This document shows positions 53,018 through 64,000 of a stretch of 64,000 bases of DNA, piece after piece. The notes beneath the pieces are model-generated. The model worked only from the letters and a program-made list of their open reading frames with translations, made no database searches and was not told where the DNA came from. How positions within the stretch are numbered: the stretch's first letter is position 1; the number at the start of each line of letters is the position of its first letter. The position numbers and the translations under genes are program-made. This stretch comes from Octopus sinensis (Eukaryota): positions 75,826,001 to 75,890,000 of the forward strand of contig NC_043000.1 in assembly GCF_006345805.1 (NCBI RefSeq). The letters are read 5' to 3'.

Positions 53018-53384
53018 TCGCATATATGTTTTCCAGACATCCTAGAGAGTTTGATTATCCTCATGAAGTATTAGGAGTGAGTTCTATAAAATTTAAAGTC
53101 AAATTATAAGCAGACTTAAATTGCTTTCTAATGATGCACCGTTGTTTGAGGGTCTTTCTTCTGCTTAATATCAAAATGGTATGTCTTCCATCTAATTCTT
53201 CTAATGAAATCGTTTATCCTATGGATTAGTAGCCAGATATATTCATCCTTACTGTGTAAGGGGATGTCTTTAGGGGAAAACTCTATGTTTACTTTCTCCA
53301 TTCTTGTTGAGAAATTAAGTACCACTCCTAATTCTTCATGAGGATAATCAAACTCTCTAGGATGTCTGGAAAACATATATGTGA

Positions 53385-53473
53385 TTTAGCTGATGAATAC
53401 TGGACATTTGTATTTGCTGCAATATTTGCAGCTTCAAATAAAATTGTTCTTAGTATGAAACAATTGCACTAAA
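53385..53473 (+). ncRNA. Hammerhead copy with broken cleavage triplet (GCA)
   Basis: Same as 52929-53017 except U16.1>C (53467) and the stem II loop. Confidence 0.6.
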
Positions 53474-53906
53474 CTACTAATCCATTCTTGTTGCTTTTTT
53501 CTTGGTTATAATCACCCCACATTATTTTATGGTTAATACCATAAATGAATTCTGGTGCATCTAAGTTAAGTACCATATTCATTTGAATTCATTAGAATTC
53601 ACTTGAATCTTAATTGTTTTTGCTGAATATATATATATATATATGTATATATATGTGTGTGTGTGTGTGTATGTATGTGTGTGTGTGTATGTATGTGTGT
53701 GTGTTTATGTGTTTGACAACTGATGGTGGTATGTTTACGACCCCGTAAATTAGCGGTTCGGCGAAAGAGACCGATAGAATAAGTACTAGGCTTACAGAAA
53801 ATAAGCCCTGGGATCGATTTGCTCGACTAAAGGCGGTGCTCCAGCATGGCCACAGTCAAATGGCTGAAACAAGTAAAAGAGTATATATATATATATATTA
53901 TTTTGA

Positions 53907-53968
<62 letters not shown>

Positions 53969-54188
53969 CTAAAAACTTGATTTCGAAACGTGCGTCCGTA
54001 GATAACTTAAAATTGTATGATAGATTGCCGTCAATTCATTCTCTCTTACCTGTTTGTGTCTGCCTTCCAATTGCTGTTTTTACTGAGATCTCCCTTTTTA
54101 GTAGAAGAAATAGCTATAACTCTTTGACTGCTATTTCTAAATTCGGTATGTGGTAAGGCAATTCGTTGCTAAACCCTTTATTGCTTAG

Positions 54189-54260
<72 letters not shown>

Positions 54261-54480
54261 TGGGAACTAAAATCTAAAAGTATTAAGTACAATTGAAATT
54301 GGGAGATAGTTTGTAAGGCAAAACCTTATCGAATAGGTAGTAATTTTTGTTTATTATGTACTAATAAATTTAATGAGATATCATTATCTAATAATAAAAA
54401 ATTGGTTAATTCTCTAGATGAATGAAAAATTAAATGTAGACATAAGTTAAATTACTTATATAATAAGTTTAGCTAATTAC

Positions 54481-54861
54481 TCTTTTACTCGTTTCAGTCA
54501 TTTGACTGCGGCCATGCTGGAGCACCGCCTTTAGTCGAGCAAATCGACCCCGGGACTTATTCTTTGTCAGCCCAGTACTTATTCTATCGATCTCTTTTGC
54601 CGAACCGCTAAGTGATGGGGACGTAAACACACCAGCATCGGTTGTCAAGCAATGCTAGGGGGACAAACACAGACACACACACACATATATACATATATAC
54701 GACAGGCTTCTTTCAGTTTCTGTCTACCAAATCCACTCACAAGGCATTGGTCGGCCCGGGGCTATAGCAGAAGACACTTGCCCAAGATGCCAGGCAGTGG
54801 GACTGAACCCGGGCCATGTGGTTGGTTAGCAAGCTACTTACCACACAGCCACTCCTGCGCC
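54481..54861 (-). mobile_element. tRNA-derived SINE family 2, compact full copy
   Basis: GGCGCAGGAGTGGCTGTGTGG head, B-box-like GGTTCAGTCC, tail ...AATGACTGAAACGAGTAAAAGA. Confidence 0.88.
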
Positions 54862-54976
<115 letters not shown>

Positions 54977-55933
54977 TATGCATATATATATATATATAAA
55001 CCCTATTTTATGTTACTAATTGCTGTAGTTATAATTTGTAGTAGCAAAATGTGTATAAATTAGCATGAGACTATATAGTGTATATCACATAATTAGAATA
55101 AGATTAAACTAAGATGTTTATAAAATAGATAAATAAATTAGTGAAAATAGATTAAATTATAGAAATTTAGATTAATTTACGTATATTATGTATTTTACGT
55201 ATTTTAGTTTTAAATTATTTAAACTTTAAAATTTTCTAGTAAATGGTATATTACAGTTAATTTTTTCTTATTCTCACAGCTAAGATGCATTTTGTCATTT
55301 TAACAGCTTAAATACATATTTCTATCTATTTATTCTATAATTTTTATTTAAGCCATATTTTCACGCGATATATTTCTTATAAATGCTAAGTTCTACGTAT
55401 TACGTTTAAAATTTTAGTTAACAGAAATTCTTCGATAAGATAAGTTATGGTTTATTTTAAGTAATATTGATAAATGTTTTTCGATTATTTATTGTTAAAA
55501 CACGTATTTTTCTATATTTGTTTGATAATTCTTATGGGTTAAGATACGTACATATATTTTATTATTATTTTTATTATTGTTATTATTACTATTTTAGACC
55601 TGATGTTTTTAAATAGAATTGATTTTGGATCGATTTAATTTTAAATCGAATTGATTTTATTATTATTATCTATAGGAAAATGCAGCCACGAAACGCGCGT
55701 AGTCAGTTTACTACTATTTACTATTTATTGTTTATGTACTTTATTGATTTTTAGAATAAGGTTTTTATAGTATATATATTTTTTCTATATGGTGTGAATA
55801 ATGTCTTTCGCTGTTGAATTGCTTAATAGTGGTTTTTTCTATCAATTATATACATATATTATATATTGCGAAATTTGATTTAGAATTGGTAAATTGAATT
55901 TTTCCCTGTAAGTTTGGAATTATATTCCCTACT

Positions 55934-55978
<45 letters not shown>

Positions 55979-55982
<4 letters not shown>

Positions 55983-56171
55983 GGAATTTACGAAAAACAA
56001 AAGACGAATACAGGTGTGTAAACAACAAACAGGTGTATTAGTTTAACGCTCGGGAAGGTGAGTAAGTCTTTTACGCTTCGAGCCTACGCTCTTCAACAGA
56101 AAGGAACACGAGAAAATAAACAGAGAGAAAGAGACAATAAAAGCTTTAGTGGCTAGTGGTCAATCATGGCG

Positions 56172-56221
<50 letters not shown>

Positions 56222-56411
56222 GTTGGAATTTACGAAAAACAAAAGACGAATACAGGTGTGTAAACAACAAACAGGTGTATTAGTTTAACGCTCGGGAAGG
56301 TGAGTAAGTCTTTTACGCTTCGAGCCTACGCTCTTCAACAGAAAGGAACACGAGAAAATAAACAGAGAGAAAGAGACAATAAAAGCTTTAGTGGCTAGTG
56401 GTCAATCATGG

Positions 56412-56413
<2 letters not shown>
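55979..56413. repeat. Two identical ~193-bp units separated and flanked by (TA)n
   Basis: 55979-56171 equals 56221-56413 by eye. Confidence 0.9.
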
Positions 56414-56449
<36 letters not shown>

Positions 56450-56648
56450 CACAAATGCAGCGTAGGAGATATTTGTAAGTCATTCAAGAACACGCAAAAG
56501 CCGTTAGTTTCACTTTAACATTTAAGTTTCGTTTGTGTCAAAATATTTTCGTCGCTTTGAAATCGCGACTCGTTCACTGATAAAACTTGTAGCTGCATCT
56601 GAGAGAGTAGCAGTTAGTTCATGATATATATGTGTTTATGTATGTATG

Positions 56649-56682
<34 letters not shown>

Positions 56683-56684
56683 TG

Positions 56685-56715
<31 letters not shown>

Positions 56716-56739
56716 CGCAATTCTATTTGTTAGTTATTA

Positions 56740-57300
56740 TAAATCTTCCACTGAGGAGGGAGTCGGTTTCCAACAAACAATACACTGACGCTACACCTAT
56801 GAGCGAATTAAATAAGCTATTTAAGAAAATCCTACGCACAACTGGCATTAAGAACAAAGTTGTAGAAAAGACAGGTAGGACTATGAAATCTATATTAAGT
56901 AAGTCATACCCATTTGATAGAATCACTTGTCAAAATAATTGTGTAGTATGTTCTACAAACCAAACCCATATGTAAACTGTAAAACGAACACTGTATACCA
57001 GGTTAAGCGCCAGAAAGGATTTATGCTGTTCTCCTACAGTTCTATATTGGTGAGAAGGAGCATTAATGATAGGTTCAAAGAACACCTGGATAACTACACT
57101 GAAAAAAAAACGAACTCTATTTTCTATCAGCGTGCTGTAGAGACTTTCACAATGGCTCCTTAGAGAGACTTAGGTTAGATATCCTATCTACACGTGCCAC
57201 TGATGCAATGCTGAGACAAATTACCGAAGCTGTCTATATACAGGAGTACAAACCCACCCTCAACCGAATGGGTAAAATCCGAACGGGGTAACACCCAGAT
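56740..57300 (+). mobile_element. Decayed Penelope-like GIY-YIG 3' fragment
   Basis: CQNNCVVC, YIGE..SINDRFKEH, RQITEAVYIQEYKPTLN. Confidence 0.7.
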
Positions 57301-57829
57301 TCCACTCGCGAGGAGCCATTTATAATCACCCCTTTATCTCATTTACATGTAGAAATTCATATATAGATGTTGAGATGCACGATACTGATGCATATATGTA
57401 ATTATATATAGTTGTATGAACGTGCATAGATTTATATATATATGTGCGCATGTGTAGATGTATGTGTATTTTAGCATGTATATGTATGTGCGAGTATGTG
57501 TGTATGTTTGTGTGTGTGGGTATGTATGTGTATATGAGTGTGTATATGCCTGTACACGTATATGTATATATATATATGCTCATATATATGTAGATGTCTA
57601 TGTAAAATAAAAAAAGAAAAAGTATTTGGGTTTAGCTGTTGACTGAAAATAGTGACATATATATGCGTAGATGGATAAACGTATATATGTGTATACTGTA
57701 AGATTATACGTATATATGCGTGTGTGTGTATACTCGCTTATGTGATTGCGTGTGCTTGTACATAAGTTTTAGTATGTTTATATTTGCATGTATGTATCTA
57801 AGACATTGTGTCTATTCACCCTTATACAA

Positions 57830-60336
57830 TAGGGTTATGCATTTTTGAATTTTTGAAAGTAAGCAATTTCCTGTATTGAAAGTCAATAAACAATTTCATA
57901 GAGTAGGGAAAACAAACTTCATTTTGCTTTATTTGAAAAAAAACGTCACACCCTAACTTAAGAAATTGATCACCACCTTTGACCCAAATCATGCGAAATT
58001 CTAGGGGCGGGGTTCATAATGCTTACTCAAGTTTTTGCCGAACTTGGTGTACTGACTTAATGCAATGCAGAAGCAGTATATCTCAAATTTTAGCTTTCAA
58101 GTTTAAGTAGTTTAGGAGTTATAGATTTTTTAATTTGTTACCACTTAGGCCCTACTTTACGAAATATCCTCTTCCTCTCCTTTTTATTTCTGTGTCGCTA
58201 AAAACTCTGACTATATTAACTGTTTTTCAGAATAGTAGGCTTATCCAACTAGAGTATAAAAAATAATGTCTCCTAAGAGAAGTGCTTGAGTCACTCAAAG
58301 AAACAGAAAAATCTGGACGAGGAATCTCGTGCAATTTCAAGACTCACATAGGAAAAGAAGAGGTGTTCCGCTAGAAGAGCTTTCTTTGGAAATCAACTGC
58401 AGGATACCAATGAAACTTCAAAGGAAGGAAAGAAAAGTCAAAGAAAATTTTGAAAGAAGTAACTTTTTATGGCAAAAGAAATTAAACTTCCCATATTTAT
58501 CAATTTAAAATGTACAAGCAAATATAGAAAAGGGCTGAATACCTACGATGAATGTGTAAAACAAGGAAAATACGATTCATTGAAAGGAATTTTTGACATC
58601 ACAAAAAAGGAAAACGGTGAATGGCTGTGCAGTGAGGATAGAAGGTTATGTTATCTTCAAATTGAAAGCAATGGACAGGTTGGGTATGGAACTGGAAAGG
58701 CAGCTAGTTCTAAAAGTATCCAGCTATCCAAAAGAAGAAAATTGTCCTTAATGCAACTCTAGTATCATCGTCAGTGTCTGAAGCAGAGACTGAAAGTGAA
58801 TATTAAGTGTCCGAGAAATCAGATGAAGAATCCACACTAACAAGGAGGAAGTATAGCAAGACTGAAACTTCAACCAAGTTAGTAATACCTTAAAGAATGA
58901 ACAGAGAGAAGTTAAGTTAAAAGCACCCCAATTACCAAACGGAAAAGCCGATACTGTTGTGAAAGGAATAACAGCTGTTTTGGAGGAATACAATTTATGG
59001 AACTGTGCAAAGATGATTGTCGTTGATACGAGTGCGAACACCGGGAAAAGAAATGGCATTGTCATTCAGTTGCAAAGACTGTTTGCTCAAAAGGGTTTGA
59101 AAGAAACGCAATTTATTGGTTGTCAGCATCATATCCCTGATAGAGTTCTTCGTGTTGTAATGGATAACGAACTTGGAGAAAAAAGTCATCTCCCAATATT
59201 GAATATACATTCATCCCAGAGCTTCTAAGTAATTACGAGAAACTCCAGGTTAATTTCAACAGTGGCGAAGAAAAGATTACTGAATCAGCAGGATGGCGAG
59301 ATGACATGAAATTTCTATTTCATTTGAGCAGAGTTTTTCGTGTCTTTGAAGAAACCGGAAAATTTCCTACTGTAAAGTTTTTAAAAAATACCCAACTTAA
59401 GTAATGCAAGATGGAATTCTCGAGCAATACTAGCTCTTTTTGGCATTTATTCTTCTACCAGAGAATAGAATCTTGCTTCTCAATGTTTGTCGATTTATCT
59501 CTTACTGATGGGCAGATTTTTGGTTTACTGACCAAATGTTCAATGCACATGATAACCAGAAGTTATGTGGTAGCCTGCAAGTTCATAAAAAAGCATTGAA
59601 CTCTGTAAAAATTTTTGGAGTCGAGAAGCATCAAAACTGGAAATTCTCAGAACAAATCAGTGTTGAACGGGCAATCAAGTGGCTTCAAGATCTTTATGCT
59701 GTTTGTCAAAAGAAGGAGAAACTTCAGCTTCGATTTATTTTATCTAACAAAACATATTAACTTTGTGTTATGTTTAAAAATTTGCTAACATTCAGCACCA
59801 TTTTTCTTATACAGCTATTTAAAATTGGAATTAAACCTATTAACTTAAAAATATGCATTATTTTAAATTTTGTACGTTATCAAATGTTTGTAGTGGCCTC
59901 TGTCTTAAAATACATTAGTTTTGAACCTTTGCGTAGAGCAATTTCAATTCAGTAATCTTAAAAATGTATAAATACACTTTTATTCTACATCTCTCATGCG
60001 TTTATAAGGATTTAGGCTTCGGAAATACTGAAGTGTGAATCTAGTGCCCATAACTCTGAAACTACTTCAACTAGAAAGCTGAAATTTCGGATATATTATT
60101 TCTGCATTGCATTGAATCAGCGCATTAAGTTTGGTAAAAAAAAAGCAACTTGAGCAGGCATTATGAACCACTCTAGAATTTTGCATGATTTGGCTCAAAA
60201 GTGGTGATTGATTTCTTAAGCTGGGGGTGACGTCTTTTTCAAATGAAACAAATAAATGTTATTTTCCCGACTTTTATGAAACTATTCATCGAATTACAGT
60301 ATAGATTTATTAAGTTGTGAAAAAGTCATTACCCTA
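57830..60336 (+). mobile_element. hAT-like (hATm-type) DNA transposon relic with ~300-bp imperfect TIRs
   Basis: TAGGG...CCCTA termini; 8-bp TSD TTATACAA/ATATACAA (7/8); VDTSANTG..G and GCQHH (CxxH) motifs; fragmented ORF. Confidence 0.75.
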
Positions 60337-60375
60337 ATATACAACCTTCTATGGAGTAACAGTTATATATAAAAC

Positions 60376-60693
60376 TTGAACAGACATACATATCAGTACG
60401 TAAACGTACATTTACATGTACATGCACATATACACACACGCAAACACATCTACACGCTTACATTCGTAAATGCTCACATACATACATACTTACATACATG
60501 CATACATACATACATACATACATACATACATACATACATACATACATACATACATACATACATACATACGTACTTGCGTATATGCATGCGCACATACACA
60601 TGTACATACATACATACATACATATATGCATACGTGCACACATATATACATACATGCATACATGCACGCATACATCATACATACATACATACA

Positions 60694-60726
<33 letters not shown>
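60376..60726. repeat. (TACA)n microsatellite
   Basis: Direct inspection. Confidence 0.9.
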
Positions 60727-60950
60727 CATGAATTAACTGTTACTTTTTCAGATGCAGCGCCTAGTTTTGTTAGTGAATAGGTCACCGTTTCAAAGCAACG
60801 AAAATATTTTGACACAAATGAAAATTAAACGAAGTGAAACTAACGGTCTTTGTGCTTTCTTGAACGATGTTCAAATATCCTCCACGCTGCAATTGTTTTT
60901 GTTTCAGCACACAATCTCAGATCAAATCACTTGCTATGCAAGTACATCTC

Positions 60951-61083
60951 CGTGACTGTGTGGTAAGTAGATTGCTTGTCAACAACATGCATAGCACCTT
61001 GGGCAAGTGTCTTCTACTATAGCCTCGGATCGACTAAAGCCTTGTGAGTGGATTTGTTACATGGAAACTGAAAGAAGCTCGTC

Positions 61084-61135
<52 letters not shown>

Positions 61136-61340
61136 TGTGTGTGTGTGTGTGTGTGTTTGTCCCCCCAGCATTGCTTGACAACCGATGTTGGTGTGTTTAC
61201 CTCTCCGTAAGTTAGCAGTTCGATAAAACAGACCGATAGAATAAGAAGTAGGCTTACAAAGCATAAGTCCTGGGGTCGATTTGCTCAACTAAAAGCGGTG
61301 CTCCACCATGGCTGCAGTCAAATGACTGAAACGAATAAAG
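60951..61340 (+). mobile_element. SINE family 2 copy
   Basis: CACCTTGGGCAAGTGTCTTCTACTATAGCCTCGG and tail match 54481-54861. Confidence 0.85.
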
Positions 61341-61346
61341 AAAAAA

Positions 61347-61397
<51 letters not shown>

Positions 61398-61401
<4 letters not shown>

Positions 61402-62645
61402 GTCATCCATAAGTTATGTGCGAATTTTGAATAAAGAAAACAAGTGATCAAATGTTGTATTTAATTGAAATTTAATCATCACTGTACTTTCTCTGATCAT
61501 CTAAGACTTTCTTCCATCTATTTACAAGCTTTTTAATCCCATAAATGTAAAACTCTTTTGGTTTCAAAGCGAAGAACTCTGAAATGTCAGTTTCGACCCC
61601 CTCAAAGTTATGTCCCCTCCCTCAAATGATTCTGTAAACTACGAAACAAATGGCAGTCTGAAGGAGCAAGGTCGGGAGAATAAGGTGGATGAGGAATTTT
61701 TTCCCAACCAAGCTCTTCGATCTTCTGTGATGTAATCTTTTCAGTGTGGTGCCACATCACTCCATTTCAATACGCTAAAGCGGGGTTTTTTTCTTCAAAG
61801 CTTGTGTCAAACACTCTCATTGCTGAGGGTAGACTTGAGCATTGATTGTTGCATTAAGTGGAAACAATTCAAAGTGAATTACTCCTTTGCAGTGCCACCA
61901 GATAGAGAGAACCTTTTCCCTATGAAGTTCCTTTCTCGGTTCTGGTTGAACTTTTACCACGCCACTGTTTACGACGTTTAACATTTCAATAGAAGATCCA
62001 TTTTTAATCACCAGTCACAAGTCTATCCAAAAAGGGTAAAATGAGTTCGCGAGAATGGAGAGAAGAGCAGATGTCAACTCGGGATTTGCGGTTGCTTTCG
62101 GACAATTCATGGGGCACACATTTTCCAAGTTGTTGGAGATGACAATGAACAGTTGTATGGTTTGAACTAAGCTTTATTGCCAATTCTTCAACTGATAATG
62201 CAGGATTTTCTTCAAGTAATGCCTCAAGGAGCTTATCATCAAATTCAACTGAACGTCCTGTTCGATCTTCATCTCCAAGGCTAATATCATCACTTCTGAA
62301 TTTTGCAAACCATCTTCTGCAAATTCTTTCATTTAAGCATTCTATCCCATAAACAGAGTATGTGTTTCGAGTCGCTGCAGCTGCAGAGTTTCCTTTTTTT
62401 GTACTCATAAAGCATTATGTGCCTCAAATGCTCTTTGGATACATCCATGTTAGAAAGAGTTTTAAGGGTTTTAATAAAAAAAATTTAATTCTATTATTCT
62501 GTAAAATAATATTTAATTAGTTTAAATGCACAAAAATGCATAAAAGTAATTTTTTAATTCCATTAGACATTCTAAAATACTATTAAATTTCATTGAATTT
62601 TTTTTAAAAAAGGTAAAATCGGATAGAACTTATGGAATGACCTGA
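61398..62645 (-). mobile_element. Full-length but decayed mariner (DD34D)
   Basis: TIRs TCAGGTCAT(T)CCATAAGTT at both ends, TA flanks; WFAKFRS, VPHELS, LVTGD, HPPYSPDLAP. Confidence 0.9.
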
Positions 62646-62648
62646 TAT

Positions 62649-62860
62649 ATATTTGAGGAGATTCGTTCTAGGTATACGAATATACCATAAACAAGTATGA
62701 AAAAATGGAGAAAAGATGTTGAAACAGAAATAGATTTATTATAAAACTGAATTGAATCCAATCCAGTTTTATAATAAATCTATTTCTGTTTCAACACCTC
62801 ACCATTTTTTATACTTGTTTATGGTATATTCTTATACCTATAACGAATCTCCTCAAATAT
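62649..62860. repeat. ~100-bp-arm inverted repeat (hairpin/MITE)
   Basis: ATTTGAGGAGATTCG...TTATAAAACTG / CAGTTTTATAA...CGAATCTCCTCAAAT with a ~15-nt loop. Confidence 0.88.
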
Positions 62861-62969
62861 TATATTCATATTCATATTACCTGTTTTGACTGATTCTCAT
62901 GAATATGATGAATCCTTATTAGAAATCACCTTTTCAAAAGTTTGAATTGTTCTTTTTAAACTTACCTTT

Positions 62970-63018
<49 letters not shown>

Positions 63019-63024
63019 CATATA

Positions 63025-63195
63025 CATATAAGAGTGATGACCACTTAGTGGACATCCAATATGTTTAATGTAGACCCCAATGGTCTGGCTCGCTTACGTT
63101 CTGGCGTTTGCTGAATTTTCTTGAGAACAATCTTTTGGGGTCTACATCTAGCATATTGGATGTCCACTTAGTGGTCTTCCCTCTTATATGTATGT
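63025..63195. mobile_element. Small MITE with ~55-bp TIRs; partial second copy at ~63645-63755
   Basis: TACATATAAGAG..CACTTAGTGGACATCCAATATG / CATATTGGATGTCCACTTAGTGG..CTCTTATATGTA. Confidence 0.75.
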
Positions 63196-63533
63196 AATAT
63201 AATTTTCTGAATCTTCAGATATTTTCAGTATGCTAGGCCACTGGTTTAAATTAATATTAATCAAATTAATATTCAATTTTTTAACCTTATTATAAAATGG
63301 AAAATGGAGTCAAACGCCCAAGGTGTTATTTAAATCATTTATATCACCATATCACCGACACATGTTTTGATAGATGTATTAAAATAAATCCGAGAGGAAG
63401 AATAATGTGAAAAGATGCATCAGTCTTAACAGGGAGGATATAAACAACAGTGTTTAGCCTTGGGCGCTTATGTGACATTTGGCTACCTTGTAACTGTTCC
63501 TCTGGATCTTTCCTTGTAAATTGAACATTCACT

Positions 63534-63566
<33 letters not shown>

Positions 63567-63573
63567 ACACACA

Positions 63574-63654
<81 letters not shown>

Positions 63655-64000
63655 AGAGTGATGACCACCTAGTGGACATCCAATATGTTTAATGTAGACC
63701 CCAATGGTCTCGCTTACGTTCTGGCGTTTGCTGAATTTTCTTGAGAACAATCTTAAAGCTAAGTATATATTTATATTTAAGATTTTAAAATTTTTAAATT
63801 TAAATATTTTAATAAGTCTTATTGTATAATTTTGTATTTTATATAAATACTGATTGTTATGTAATGATTTAGTTATCGTAGTTTTTTCTATATAATTATT
63901 AGATTTTAACTCTACGTTTATTCGTAAGACTTTACTTAGTCAAAGAGATATATAGATCGTTAACAGTTATACGAGACTTTTTAATGTTAGGTTTCATGTA

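Larger units (their letters stand above)
52895..53507. mobile_element. Penelope-like 5' fragment between 185-bp inverted repeats
   Basis: Arms 52895-53079 and 53323-53507 (4 mismatches by eye); minus-strand ORF from ATG 53301, KDIPLHSKDEY..FIRRIRWK, resembles Penelope-like N-termini. Confidence 0.8.
52689..53880 (+). mobile_element. tRNA-derived SINE (family 2) split at its central microsatellite
   Basis: Head 52689-52853 and tail ~53700-53880 match the compact copy at 54481-54861. Confidence 0.85.

Overview
Repeat-saturated, AT-rich animal genomic DNA with no recognisable host gene. The SINE types and microsatellite density resemble octopod cephalopod DNA (inference, not provable here). It is mostly nested transposable elements in (AAT)n, (GA)n, (TA)n and (TACA)n arrays. 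(1) About 15 fragments of R4/Dong-clade LINEs (REL endonuclease) from several lineages, abutting (TAA)n. (2) A nearly intact 5.4-kb Tx1/L1-clade LINE in a (TC)n array (12411-17817, minus) with one nonsense codon, plus decayed relatives, one fused in frame to an RTE-clade RT. (3) A decayed Ty3/Gypsy-like LTR element (26874-29672) whose primer-binding position is complementary to the 5' end (nt 1-12) of tRNA-Phe rather than a tRNA 3'-CCA end. (4) Penelope-like element pieces and several hammerhead-ribozyme-like motifs, including an inverted-repeat cassette with twin hammerheads and a tRNA-headed SINE-like unit with a minimal-hammerhead tail. (5) A 556-bp noncoding element found five times, only in (AAT)n. 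(6) mariner, DD37D/maT and hAT-like DNA transposon relics and foldback elements, one with a telomere-repeat core. Most short ORFs in the track are microsatellite or antisense artefacts. All calls are by eye; no searches or folding programs were run.
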